Assembly: GCF_018350175.1 (NCBI RefSeq)
Contig: NC_058383.1
Location: 18,726,001 to 18,786,000, forward strand
Direction: 5' to 3'
Length of the DNA stretch: 60,000 bases
From: Felis catus
Taxonomy: Eukaryota
The notes under the pieces were generated by a model. The model did not search any database, was not told the origin of the DNA, and worked only from the letters and a program-made list of their open reading frames with translations. Below are positions 1-11,401 of the stretch, piece after piece; within the stretch, counting starts at the first letter, position 1, and every line of letters begins with the position of its first letter. Both the position numbers and the translations under genes were made by a program.

Positions 1-660
1 TACCACGAAGGGTCTCGCGGTCCCCGGCTTCAGCCAATGGGGAGTCAGCTGCGGGAAGGGGTCCCCGGCCGTAGCCAATGGAGGGGGGCGCGCGGCCCAC
101 AGTTTGGCCAATGGGGAGGGAGGGACTTGGGAGCGGGTTGCTACCACCTCCTTCCCGGTCTGGCCAGTAGGAGGGGAGCGGGGTGGGCGGGGGAACGGAA
201 GGAGGGACAAGTGGGAGGACTGCGGGCAGGGAACCTCCAGCGCGCGCGCGCTCTTCCCGTACGTGCGCGCGGATGTTCTGTCTTATGACCCGGGCATTCG
301 TGAGCCGCGGGTAACCTACAGGGCAGGGTTTGGGAGTGTGCGTGGCGGGGTTCGCCTGGTGTTCGCGGATGAGTGGTGGGCACCCCACTCGGCTGCTTCT
401 GCGTGTGGGTTAATGGACTTGAGAGTGGCGGTACACGCAGGCGCAGTGGGTTCTGGCCGCGGAGGGGGGATTTTGGAAGCCCGTGGGCTTTAATGCGCAG
501 GCGCAGGCCGGGCGAGGCCTCCCGGTGGATGGCTTTTGCGGCTGCGCTGTCCCCCAGCCCCGCCAACGGCCCCCTCATCGCCCTCCTCAACCGCCGGTTA
601 CATCAGCCAGCGAAGAGCAGGGTTACCGGGCGATCAGTGACCCCTCCCAGAGCGGGTAAT
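1..660. promoter_or_regulatory. CpG island in ATXN2L intron 1 with CCAAT and NRF1-like sites
   Basis: High CpG density; CCAAT at 34, 75 and 108; TGCGCAGGCGCA near 494. Confidence 0.7.
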
Positions 661-1149
661 ATTGAATGAGTAAAAGAGGTCGAGAGGAGGGTGGGTCCTA
701 AAAGGAGTACCCTCCTCCCAGAGTTTGGGGCGTAAGGCTGGTGAAAATGATTGTCTTTTCTGTTTTGAGAGGTAACGTGCGTAAACTGGGTAGTTCTGAA
801 TCTGCTTTCACTTTTATGTTTGGGGTGGATTATTGGTTAACGATTACTGTAGCGTTTTGGGGGGAAGCCTGTAGTCCTGGCCCCTTGGAGGTGAGAAGGT
901 TGTGTTGAATTGACAACCATTGCTGATTGAGGTCTGTTTTAGTGGCATTTGGAGGAAATGTGTTTACTGGCTTTTACTGTCTATGCCTTTCTTCCTCTGT
1001 AAGATGAGAGTTTGAAAATCTTGTTAATTGGTTTGTAGTCTAAATAGGCATGTTCACAGGGTATGTGATTGTCGGATACCACGTTCTTTGAAATAAATCG
1101 TATAAGAGGGATTAAACATTTTTAACTAGTTTTTTGTTTCCTCTCATAG

Positions 1150-1186
1150 GGGACAAAGCACAGGAAAGGGCCCCCCACAGTCACCG
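1150..1186 (+). CDS. ATXN2L: ATXN2L exon 2
   Basis: tag|G GGA CAA AGC...TCA CCG|gtgag; GQSTGKGPPQSP. Confidence 0.9.
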
Positions 1187-4100
1187 GTGAGTGCCTCCTC
1201 ACACACACACCCCAAAGTACAGAGGTACATGTGGGCATATCCGACAGATTAGGTGCACAAATAGCTGGGCTCAGAATAAGAAATGATGTGAGGGGAGTGT
1301 GGATATTCAGAAGGAAGGGGAGGTGTCAAGTGTCTATTTCTTCTGTGTTACTGACAGGTGTTCGAGGGTGTTTACAGCAATTCCAGAATGCTGCATTTTC
1401 TTACAGCTGTTGTGGTAAGTGGGTTCCTAGCCCGTAGGTTGTTTGAGGGATGTAGTACGCCAGTTTGCTGGAGACACTCTTCTTATTCCTCTGTTCCAGG
1501 GCTCCACTTGTGATGTGAAGGTGAAGAATGGTACCACGTATGAAGGTATCTTCAAGACTCTGAGCTCAAAGGTTAGTGGACTCAAATTAGCTTATTTTTG
1601 CAGTGGCATGTAAGGAGAATGAAACAGACTCACTGAAGATGTGAGTTGAGTGGTGTTGGACAGGCTTGTGGTGTGTGCTACTCATTTCTCTAGGCCTGTA
1701 CCAGAGTAGTGCTGGAAGCACTGAAAAAATGTGGATTGGAAAATTGAGGGCTGGGTACTTTAGTGTTAAAATACTAGTCCTGTGGCTAATGTTCAGAAGA
1801 CTATTTGTGTGACTGTGGTGTTGGAAAAAGGTTAGAAAGGGTAGGAGAAAAATAGTCCTATTTTGACCATCACATTTCTTGATATTGACCCTTTACTGTT
1901 GGGAAATGGGATTTTTATAGTTTGAACTAGCCGTGGATGCTGTACACCGGAAAGCATCTGAGCCAGCAGGTGGCCCTTGTCGGGAAGACATTGTGGATAC
2001 CATGGTGTTTAAGCCAAGTGATGTCATGCTTGTCCACTTCCGAAATGTTGACTTCAATTATGCTACTAAAGGTACCGTGTCGAGTTTTTATGCCAGACCC
2101 ACTCTTTGAGTAGAGGGCATAGAGCAGTTACGTTAAGGACTTGTTCTTCTTCCCCCTTTACAAACATCTTTTTTTTTGAGGAGGATGGCCAGATTTTTCT
2201 TTTTGAAACTGTATCTTGATACCTAAGATGCAGTGGATGAATTCTGGCCTGTGGTGTAGTTCTTCACGTTTTCCTTGCTTTGCTTTTAACTCCTTGCTTC
2301 TTTTGGACAGTTAAGATGTGGCTTGTTATGCTGCATCCACCCTCACCCCCCTCTGACACATGCAAACTTTTCTTTGCTCCTGAACTACTCATTGGGGGCA
2401 GGGGGTGTTGGAAGAAGGCTATGAAGTATCTCTTGACTCCTGATCTTCAACTCTGCCCCCACAGACAAGTTTACGGATTCAGCCATTGCCATGAACTCAA
2501 AAGTGAATGGGGAGCACAAAGAGAAGGTGCTTCAGCGCTGGGAAGGGGGTGACAGCAACAGTGATGACTATGACCTCGAGTCTGACATGGTACGGTCCCC
2601 TTCCCTGAGAACCCGAGAGCTGGGTCACTCTACTGTCTGAGTGTGGGTTGTTGACTGTGATGTCGTAGAACCAAGAGTTGCTTCTGGGGAAGGGGAGAAA
2701 AATCTTCTTACTGTTGCCTGTTGTCGGCAGTCCGATTCCAAATGGAAAGGTACAGAAAATAAAACAAAAATACCTGTTCTCCCAACATCTGCGATTGACA
2801 ACTATTAACGTTTGCTTGAAGGTGTTTTTTTTTTTTTTTTCTAACAAAGTATAGACAAGATTGAGGACCGTGTGGACCCATGTCCCTTCCAAAAACAAGC
2901 ACTACTATGAATCATTTAAAATTCCTCATGAGTTAAGGCATTATGATGCTATAGGTAATCCATACAAGAATTTTCTTTCCCTTTCCGTTCCTGAATTATT
3001 TCATGTTTGAGTTATTTCATGATCTACTCAATGCTTTTAGTGATTTTGTCTTATTCTGTTTATATACGTATACATGGATATATATACAACAGAATGTATT
3101 TTTTTTTTTTTACTGGTTGGTGTTTTGACTCGTTATTTTGTTGTTAGAAATAGTGCCTTACAGGGGCACTTGGGTGGCTCAGTCAGTTAAGCGTCTGACT
3201 TCGGTTCAGGTCATAATCTCACAGTTCATGCATTCGAGCCCCACATAGGGCTCTGTGCTGATAGAGCCTGGAGCCTGCTTCAGATTTTGTGTCTCCCCTT
3301 TTCTCTTTGTCCCTCCCCTGTTCGGGCTTTGTCTCTCTCTTTCAAAAATGAAAAAAAAAAAAAGAAATAGTGCCTTGCTGAACTTTAGAACATGTGTCCC
3401 CATGCACGTACGCTAAATTTTTCTGGGACATTAACCTGGTAAGGGATTTGTTAGGTCCTGTAAGACCTTGGTTTTACTAGTTGTTAGCAGTTTGTCCTAC
3501 AATTGCTAGTACTGGTTGATATTCCTGCCAGCCTTGTTTCTATTTTCCACGCCTGGTTTGGTCAGATCTTTGTTTTTTTCAGCCTGGTGGAGGAGTATGA
3601 CAGGTCATTGTTGCTTTCCTTGTTGGGTTTTAAAACATTCTCCTTCCTTCCCACCTTAGTCCAACGGATGGGACCCCAATGAAATGTTCAAGTTCAACGA
3701 GGAGAACTATGGTGTGAAGACCACCTATGATAGCAGTCTTTCTTCTTATACGTGAGTGTCTTGGTACTTCCTAGATGATGCAGTTTGAGGCTTAGGGGCG
3801 TGGCATTTGTTCATTCTTTTCTGAGTATCTAGGATGGCCTCTCCCCACTCCTAATCTGTCTTGTATATTGTCCCCTCAAAATACCAGGCCATCTCGTTGG
3901 TAGAATTAACTGCTTTTTTTGTCCGTTTATCCATGCTTTTCTTCTAGAACTTAAAACATACTGATATGTGCGTGTAAATACTCCTCAGGTTCAGAGATAG
4001 GCCTTGTTGCTCTGCCTGGGACCTAGTAGATGCCCATTAAATATGTTGAGTTGTTGAAGGGATTAAACATCCACACGCCTGAACTGGTGATAGGACCGAT

Positions 4101-7100
4101 AGAAACGTTTTTCCTTTTTCTTCTCTTGTCCCCTGGCACTGGGGTGGTGGTGATCTGTGGTGGTCCTCTTAGGGTGCCCTTGGAGAAGGACAACTCGGAA
4201 GAGTTTCGTCAGCGGGAGCTGCGTGCGGCCCAATTGGCTCGAGAGATTGAATCAAGCCCCCAGTACCGCCTGCGGATCGCCATGGAGAACGATGATGGGC
4301 GCACTGAGGAAGAGAAGCACAGTGCAGTCCAACGGCAGGGTTCAGGGCGGGAGAGCCCCAGCCTGGCATCCAGGTGATTGCTGGGGGCGGCCTGGTCTGT
4401 TTGGGGCTCTGTACGGGCTAGGGCTGGGGCCAAGAGCTTTGTACACTCCTTTCTAAGTTTCACAGCCATGTAAGATACAGGTTAGTACGTAGTTTTCCCC
4501 AATTTTCAGGTGTAAGAGTGAGGCCTAGAGGAGATAAGTAATTTGTTCAAGGTAACAAAGATTAAAGCTTGTGGGTTTAGGGAGGAAAAAATGAGTTTGA
4601 TTTCCCTTTTTTGCTCTGTAGGTTAATCCATTTGTAGGTCTTATTCTTCCCTTCATGCAAATGAAATCAGAGTGTACATGATGTCCAGTAACAGTAACCT
4701 GTAAAAGCTGTACCTTGAACTATAACGTGATACTATTTTTCTCATAGGTCAGGATGGTAGAATGTGGAGCTTTGGCCAGGTTGGTCAGGTCAGGGATTGG
4801 CACATCATAAGATCACAAACCTTATAGCCACAGAACATTTAACTAGAACAGATTTTCAGGTGGGGCAGTGCAAAAAGCCGGAGCCAGGCAGGGTATGTGT
4901 GTGTGTATACATGTACACGTGTGTTTTGGGAGGGAAAACTTCGTTTTTCCAAAATGTGTGGGCTTTATGACTAATCGACCTTGCTTGAACTCTCTCCCCT
5001 AGGGAGGGAAAGTATATCCCTCTACCCCAACGAGTTCGGGAAGGTCCCCGGGGAGGAGTTCGATGCAGTAGTTCCCGGGGTGGCCGCCCTGGCCTTAGCT
5101 CTTTGCCACCTCGTGGCCCTCACCATCTTGACAATAGCAGCCCCAGCCCAGGTTCTGAGACACGTGGTATCAATGGAGGTGAGTTAAGCGGGCTTTGGGG
5201 GGCAGGGGGCGGTGGTAGGGAAGCCGAGAGGAAGGAAGTGGGAAGGAGAATTGAAAGGATAGGTGGGTTGGAAGGGTGATGCGTTGGTGATAATGTAATA
5301 GCAGATACTCTGCCTCTTTTTTCCCCATCTTAAAAAAAAAAAAAAAAAAAATAGGCCCTTCCCGCATGTCCCCTAAGGCACAGCGGCCTCTGAGAGGTGG
5401 TGCCAAGACTCTGTCTTCACCCAGCAGTAGGCCCTCTGGAGAAGCTTCTGTTCCACCTCCTCCTGCAGGTAAAATTTCAGCAGTGTTATATGAAGAAATA
5501 AAAATTTGTGGGGGATGTAAATGTCAGTTGTTGGAAAGCTGGGTTGGGAGACCGTTCCCAGATGAAAGAGATGTTTTGGGGATTTTGAATTTATGCTTTT
5601 TAGAAAAGAAATTTGTTTCCCTCCCGTAGAAATACCAATGTAGCAATCCATGGTTTGTGTTTGGTTGTCAGATGTCTTTTGTTTAAATTAGTTGTCAGGG
5701 TGACTGGTTGGCTCAGAGAAGTATGTGACTCTTGATCTCAGGGTTGTGAGTTCAAGCCCCACATTGGGCATAGAGCTTACTTTAAAAAATAACAGTAACA
5801 AACTTTTAAGTTAACATTTTACTTATTTTTTTAAATGTTTAAATGAGAGAGAGCATGCTCAGGGGAGGGGAGAAAAGAGAGAGAGAAATATCCCAAGCAG
5901 ACTCTGAGCTGTCAGCATGGAGCCAAATTCAGGGGCCTAGTCTCACAAACCATGAGATCATGACCTGAGCCAAAATCAAGAGTCTGGCCGCTTAACTGAC
6001 TGAGCCACCCAGGTGTCCCAGTTGTCAGCATTTTAAGACAGGAGAAATAGAAAATTTTCAACTTCTTTGGAAATACAGAAAGTTCTGCACAGTGAGTCTG
6101 CTCCTGTAAAACATTCTAATCTTTTATGGTGCCCAGGAATCTGTTTTACCTGATTAGGTTACCTGCCTTGCTCTTCTAGGAATTTAGGTTTGACCTTGCA
6201 TATTAAAGGAAAAGGGGTGGGGGCGCCTGGGTGGCTCAGTCGGTTGAGCATCTGACATCACCTCAGGTCATGATCTCCTAGCTCTTGAGTTCAAGCCCCT
6301 CATCCAGCTCTGGGCTGACAGCTCAGAGTCCGGATCCAGTTCTGCCTCTCTCTCTCTCACTCTCTCACTCTCTCACTCTCTCACTCACTCACTCACTGCC
6401 CCACCCCTGCTCATGCTCTGTCTCTCTCTCCAAAAATAAACAAACATTACAAATAATTTTTAAAAAAACAGATAAACTTGATTTGGTGTTTCTAGTAGGT
6501 TCCCTATGCCCATTGTGCACTGACCAGCAGTAACCATTGTACAGCTTTCCCTTTTCTTCCAGTGGGCCGGATGTATCCCCCACGCTCTCCCAAGTCGGCT
6601 GCCCCTGCCCCAATCTCGGCTTCCTGTCCTGAGCCCCCCATTGGCTCAGCAGTACCAACCTCTTCAGCTTCCATCCCTGTGACATCATCAGTTGTGGATC
6701 CTGGAGTAGGCTCCATTTCCCCAGCTTCTCCAAAGATCTCATTGGCCCCCACAGATGGTAAGAGCCACATGGTTGAGGGCTTGTGGACAATGTGAAGTGT
6801 GGTTCTGGACAGAAGGACCTTCAGGCATGTGTCTCTTCTTGCTCAGTAAAAGAACTTCCAGCCAAGGAACCTGGGAGAACTCTGGAATCCCAGGAGCTGT
6901 CCCGGATAGCTGGGAAAGGTGAGGATTTCCACCCCCACCCCCACCCCCTACCCCCCACCCCCCGCTGAGGTCTAAGTGTCCTTTTAATTACGAGAGCACC
7001 TCAGTTAGTACCAAGAGTTTTGTTGGGGTTTGGGAAACAGTAGCTTGTCAGTCATGTGATCCTAATTTGTTCTATAGAACTCTCAAGCCTTTTTTTTTTT

Positions 7101-10100
7101 TTTTTTTTTCTTGTTTTCTTCGTCCTTTGGGCTACTGGCATTGTAGCCACCTTGAAAAAAGAAATGCGTATTTTTTCCTTTTTCACTGTTTTTCATAGTC
7201 CCTGGCCTTCAGAATGAACAGAAACGCTTTCAACTGGAAGAATTGAGAAAGTTTGGGGCCCAGTTTAAGGTGAGAGGAGTATGGGAGTGAGCCAGGGTGT
7301 AAGGATGGAGGGAGGGTGAGGGGGCTTATAGAAGAGGCACAGGACTAGGTGGAATAGAAGAGATGAGACCAAGCAAGGAGGAAGGAAGGAAGGAAGCCAC
7401 GCCTGGGGTCTGGACCAGCTGTCTGGGCACTGTATGTGTGCGTTTCTCCTTCCAGCTGCAGTCCAGTAGCTCCCCTGAGACCAGCCTGGATCCTTTTCCT
7501 CCCCGGATCTTAAAGGAGGAGGCCAAAGGGAAAGAGAAGGAGGTTGATGGTCTATTGACTTCAGAGCCAATGGGGTCCCCAGTCTCCTCCAAGACGGAGT
7601 CCGTATCGGATAAGGAGGACAAAGCACCCCTGCCGCCGGCAGGAGCCACCGAGGGGCCAGAGCAGCCCCCGCCACCTTGCCCGAGCCAGACTGGCAGCCC
7701 CCCGGTGGGCCTCATCAAGGGAGATGACAAGGATGAGGGCCCTGTTGCCGAGTGAGTAGGATGGGGAGCTGGGCAGTGTCGGGGGAGATGAGCAAACTGT
7801 GAAGATTGACTTTGTTTTTCTCTCACAGACAAGTGAAGAAGTCCACGCTGAACCCCAATGCCAAGGAATTTAATCCCACAAAGCCTCTGCTGTCTGTGGT
7901 GAGATGGAATGGGCGAAGGTGGACTGGTTTCTCTGAGGGAGGCTTGGGAGTGGGGAGAGAGAGCATGGGGAGAGAGGTCGTGAAAGTAGGGCTGCTCTAG
8001 GGCAAACGTGTCAGGGTTGGGGGCGAGGGGTCACGATATGTGTGGCAGGTTTTTATGTGTTTAGGGTTTAGCTCAGGGAGTATGTGTGTTGGGCTAGTTC
8101 TGAATATAGGTTTCATTCAGATCCCTGATTTTGGCTTGAATGACAAGCCATTTAACTTTTGGCTTTTGTTTCCTCACCTGTATTTTGAGAATACTCGTCT
8201 CAGGGGGTTCAGCGTGAGGCTTAAGCAAGATGAAGGGTAGAGTGTATCTGGCGTGCAGCGCTCCGTTACTGTTATAAGCCCAGGAGGGGCATACAGAGAT
8301 CAAAATGCACGCATCCTCTGTTGTCTCTTACTACAGAATAAATCCACCAGTACCCCGACTTCTCCGGGGCCCCGGACTCACTCAACTCCTTCCATCCCGG
8401 TGCTCACAGCAGGCCAGAGTGGGCTCTATAGCCCCCAGTACATTTCCTACATACCTCAGATCCACATGGGACCAGCTGTTCAGGTAAGAGGAGAGACCGA
8501 GTGAGTCTAGGCTAAGAGGCTTGGCTGGGCTGGTGAGGACCGGGCCAGGCCTGTTCTGGGCATTTGTTAGCAAGCTGTTCAGCCTCATTTGTATCCTTGT
8601 TCGTAGGCACCTCAGATGTATCCATATCCTGTATCCAATTCCGTGCCTGGACAGCAGGGCAAGTACCGGGGAGCAAAAGGTGAGCAGAGTTGGCAGGGCT
8701 GCTTCGGCGGCAGGGGGGTGGTGTTGCCTCGTTGCCTCCTGGCAGATGGAACTTAAGCTTGGCGTTCTCTCCCTTTCCCCAGGCTCCCTGCCCCCGCAGC
8801 GCTCGGACCAACACCAGCCAGCCTCAGCCCCTCCGATGATGCAGGCCGCCGCCGCCGCTGGCCCCCCTCTTGTGGCTGCCACACCGTACTCTTCCTACAT
8901 CCCCTACACCCCGCAGCAGTTCCCGGGCCAGCCTGCCATGATGCAGCCAATGGCCCACTACCCCTCGCAGGTAACTGAGGTACGGGAGGGAGACGGGAGT
9001 ACAGAGCTGAGGGTCACTCGGGTTTCGGTCCTGGCTCCGGCAGGACCCGTAGCAAAGCACTGGTACTCTCTAAAGCGCAGGTAAAACGGCGTCTCCTTGC
9101 TTTGCACCCTTGTGAACGTTAAACAAGGTGGTTGCGGCAAAGCCGGAGTCGTGCCGTGTACAGGTTATCGGGCAGCGCGACATGCCCACCGCTCCTCTCT
9201 TGTCCTTCCAGCCGGTGTTCGCCCCCATGCTTCAGAGCAACCCACGCATGCTGACGTCGGGGAGCCATCCCCAGGCCATTGTGTCGTCCTCCACCCCTCA
9301 GTACCCTTCTGCAGAGCAGCCCACCCCCCAAGCCCTGTATGGTGAGTTCTGTGCCTTTCCCGAAGACTGTTCCTTAGTCCTCTCCGGTGTGCTTGGCGCT
9401 GATCCCTTCCCTCTTTCCTGCTGTAGCCACCGTTCACCAGTCCTATCCACACCATGCTACGCAGCTCCATGCCCACCAGCCGCAGCCGGCCACCACGCCT
9501 ACTGGGAGCCAGCCGCAGTCCCAGCATGCGGCCCCCAGTCCCGTCCAGGTGCCTGCCATGGGGGATCCAAGTGGTTGGGGCAGGAGTGGGCGGCTGGAGG
9601 AGGGGGATGGAGCCGGGGGCTCATTCCCTTCAAGCAGGGTCGGGAGTTGTGGGGGGGTAGGCCTGGTACCCGAGGAGTGGGGTGGCACTCACCCTTCCCC
9701 TCCCCCTAACAGCACCAGGCGGGGCAGGCCCCACACCTGGGCAGTGGACAGCCACAGCAGAATCTGTACCACCCAGGGGCCCTGACAGGCACGCCGCCTT
9801 CTCTGCCACCGGGACCTTCTGCCCAGTCCCCTCAGAGCAGCTTCCCCCAGCCAGCCGCTGTGTATGCCATCCATGCCCACCAGCAGCTGCCCCACGGCTT
9901 CACCAACATGGCCCATGTTACCCAGGTAAGAGCCCAAGGGACTTGCTTTCTATGGGTCCGTTTTGCCATCAGGACCCGGGTCCTGGGGCTATCCTGCTGC
10001 CCCTTTCCTCAGTGGTCTGAACACCAGGCTTCTCGGAGCCTGTGTGTAGCTTCTGGGGTGCTCCCAGCTGGGATTTTTTGTTGTTGTTTTCTGCAGGCCC

Positions 10101-10429
10101 ATGTCCAAACTGGAATCACAGCAGCCCCGCCCCCTCACCCTGGGGCTCCCCACCCGCCCCAGGTGATGCTGCTGCACCCACCCCAGAGCCATGGGGGCCC
10201 CCCCCAAGGCGCGGTGCCCCAGAGTGGGGTGCCTGCACTCTCAGCTTCCACACCCTCACCCTACCCCTACATCGGACACCCCCAAGGTGAGCAGCCTGGC
10301 CAGGCGCCTGGATTTCCAGGAGGAGCCGATGACAGGATTCGTGAGTTCTCGTTAGCTGGGGGAATTTGGCATGGAAGAGCTGATGGGCTGCAGGTGGGGC
10401 AGGATGCACGGGTTCTGGGAGGGGAGTGA
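1150..10429 (+). CDS. ATXN2L: Ataxin-2-like protein (exons 2-22; exon 1 lies upstream of the window)
   Basis: 21 GT-AG exons join in one frame. They encode the LSm domain (VFEGVY...GSTCDVKVKNG), LSmAD (WDPNEMFKFNEENYGV), the PAM2 motif STLNPNAKEFNP, a Pro/Gln-rich tail and the C-terminus ...QDARVLGGE*. Confidence 0.97.
1358..1414 (+). CDS. ATXN2L: ATXN2L exon 3
   Basis: cag|...|gtaag; VFEGVYSNSRMLHFLTAVV. Confidence 0.93.
1500..1571 (+). CDS. ATXN2L: ATXN2L exon 4
   Basis: GSTCDVKVKNGTTYEGIFKTLSSK. Confidence 0.93.
1921..2071 (+). CDS. ATXN2L: ATXN2L exon 5
   Basis: FELAVDAVHRK...VDFNYATK. Confidence 0.93.
2465..2589 (+). CDS. ATXN2L: ATXN2L exon 6
   Basis: DKFTDSAIAMNSK...DLESDM. Confidence 0.93.
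3163..3363 (+). mobile_element. CAN-SINE (SINEC)
   Basis: tRNA-like head, CT tract, A tail; TSD AGAAATAGTGCCTT. Confidence 0.9.
3660..3751 (+). CDS. ATXN2L: ATXN2L exon 7
   Basis: SNGWDPNEMFKFNEENYGVKTTYDSSLSSY. Confidence 0.93.
4173..4373 (+). CDS. ATXN2L: ATXN2L exon 8
   Basis: VPLEKDNSEEFRQRELRAAQLAREIE...SLASR. Confidence 0.93.
5003..5178 (+). CDS. ATXN2L: ATXN2L exon 9
   Basis: EGKYIPLPQRVREGPRGG...GING. Confidence 0.92.
5355..5468 (+). CDS. ATXN2L: ATXN2L exon 10
   Basis: PSRMSPKAQRPLRGG...PPPPA. Confidence 0.9.
5698..6019. mobile_element. Two CAN-SINEs tail to tail (short + copy to about 5790; - copy about 5815-6019)
   Basis: tRNA A/B-box heads in opposite orientations. Confidence 0.8.
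6220..6468 (+). mobile_element. CAN-SINE
   Basis: GGGGCGCCTGGGTGGCTCAG head, CT/CTCA tract, A tail. Confidence 0.9.
6563..6757 (+). CDS. ATXN2L: ATXN2L exon 11 (alternative acceptor at 6545)
   Basis: GRMYPPRSPKSAAPAP...LAPTD. Confidence 0.9.
6847..6918 (+). CDS. ATXN2L: ATXN2L exon 12
   Basis: KELPAKEPGRTLESQELSRIAGK. Confidence 0.9.
7199..7269 (+). CDS. ATXN2L: ATXN2L exon 13
   Basis: PGLQNEQKRFQLEELRKFGAQFK. Confidence 0.92.
7456..7751 (+). CDS. ATXN2L: ATXN2L exon 14
   Basis: LQSSSSPETSLDPFPPR...DEGPVAE. Confidence 0.92.
7829..7898 (+). CDS. ATXN2L: ATXN2L exon 15 (PAM2 motif)
   Basis: QVKKSTLNPNAKEFNPTKPLLSV. Confidence 0.94.
8337..8483 (+). CDS. ATXN2L: ATXN2L exon 16
   Basis: NKSTSTPTSPGPR...MGPAVQ. 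Confidence 0.92.
8607..8679 (+). CDS. ATXN2L: ATXN2L exon 17
   Basis: APQMYPYPVSNSVPGQQGKYRGAK. Confidence 0.92.
8783..8970 (+). CDS. ATXN2L: ATXN2L exon 18
   Basis: SLPPQRSDQHQP...AHYPSQ. Confidence 0.92.
9212..9341 (+). CDS. ATXN2L: ATXN2L exon 19
   Basis: PVFAPMLQSNPRM...PQALY. Confidence 0.92.
9427..9548 (+). CDS. ATXN2L: ATXN2L exon 20
   Basis: TVHQSYPHHATQ...APSPVQ. Confidence 0.92.
9713..9925 (+). CDS. ATXN2L: ATXN2L exon 21
   Basis: HQAGQAPHLGSGQPQQ...MAHVTQ. Confidence 0.9.
10097..10429 (+). CDS. ATXN2L: ATXN2L exon 22 (internal donors after 10286 and 10340)
   Basis: AHVQTGIT...GHPQGEQPG...VLGGE*. Confidence 0.9.
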   Translation, partial: AHVQTGITAAPPPHPGAPHPPQVMLLHPPQSHGGPPQGAVPQSGVPALSASTPSPYPYIGHPQGEQPGQAPGFPGGADDRIREFSLAGGIWHGRADGLQVGQDARVLGGE

Positions 10430-10894
10430 GGGGTCTTGGAGGCAGGGCTGTCCCACAGGGCGCCCGCCGACCTGCACCTGTCTGTGAAGTATGTAGGGTG
10501 GGCAGAAGCCACAGTCGCCGCCGCCAGGGGCTTGCTCCTGGCTCTGTCCTTTGCTTCCCTCCGTCCTCGCTCAGTTGTGATCCAGCAGCCCCCCTCCCCA
10601 CTGCCTCCCCAGCTCTCAGTGACCCCGACTGTCTCCTGACTTAGCCGAGGTAAGGTCAGCGCAGCAGACAGGGCCAGGCTGGGGTGTGGGGGGCTGAGCT
10701 GGGCACACGAGTAAGGGCTCTGGCTCACTGGGAAACAGCGATTGATCTGTGCTTCTGACAGCCCCATGAGACACCTTGAGGAGGCCGCTCCTACCCACAC
10801 ACTCCCCCCACACCCCACACTGGACGGCATTGGATGAAGGGACAGCTGCTTGGGTTCTAATGCTCCTGCTCTCTTCTCTTTCCCCTCCAACCAG

Positions 10895-10944
10895 TTCAAT
10901 CTCATCCCTCCCAGCAGCTCCCCTTCCACCCCCCGGGGAACTGA
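10895..10944 (+). CDS. ATXN2L: ATXN2L alternative terminal coding exon (QSHPSQQLPFHPPGN*)
   Basis: Pyrimidine tract plus ccag acceptor, in frame with the phase-1 donors at 10286 and 10340. Confidence 0.8.
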
Positions 10945-11395
10945 AGATTGTCCTGGCCGCGACCTGAGACCTCCATGAGTGGAGGGAAGAGTGATCTATG
11001 TCTCTTCCCCCAGCAGCTCGGACCAGTCCCAGCCCCCCAAACCCCCCTTTACCCCGGGGGAGCTGGGGAATTCCTGCCAAGCACCTTGAAGGGGGGGCGG
11101 GGCTCGAAGTGGGCAGGGCCAGGGTCCAGCGGGGGTGGGGGGTTCCTGCTCTGCCCCTGCCCATCCCCACCCCATCTTGCCCTCCCATCCTCTCATCTAT
11201 CCCCCGCTGGAGACGGAAGATCTTTTATTTTCTATTATTTATAACCTCAGACTTGGGCCCCCCTGTTTCTTTCTTCCCCATTAACTTGAGTGACCGGCGT
11301 GAGAGACAGACAGACAGACAGATGCCCTACAAGGATGGTTGGACAAGGACTTTTACTTTTTATTACATAAAAATATTAAAAAAAAAATTAAAAAA

Positions 11396-11401
11396 AATAA
11401 A
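11396..11401 (+). terminator. ATXN2L poly(A) signal
   Basis: AATAAA in an A-rich stretch at the end of the 3' UTR. Confidence 0.7.

Noticed and set aside
3163..3250. tRNA-like A/B boxes (here and in the other SINE heads)
   Set aside because: tRNA-derived SINE heads followed by a CT tract and A tail, not tRNA genes.
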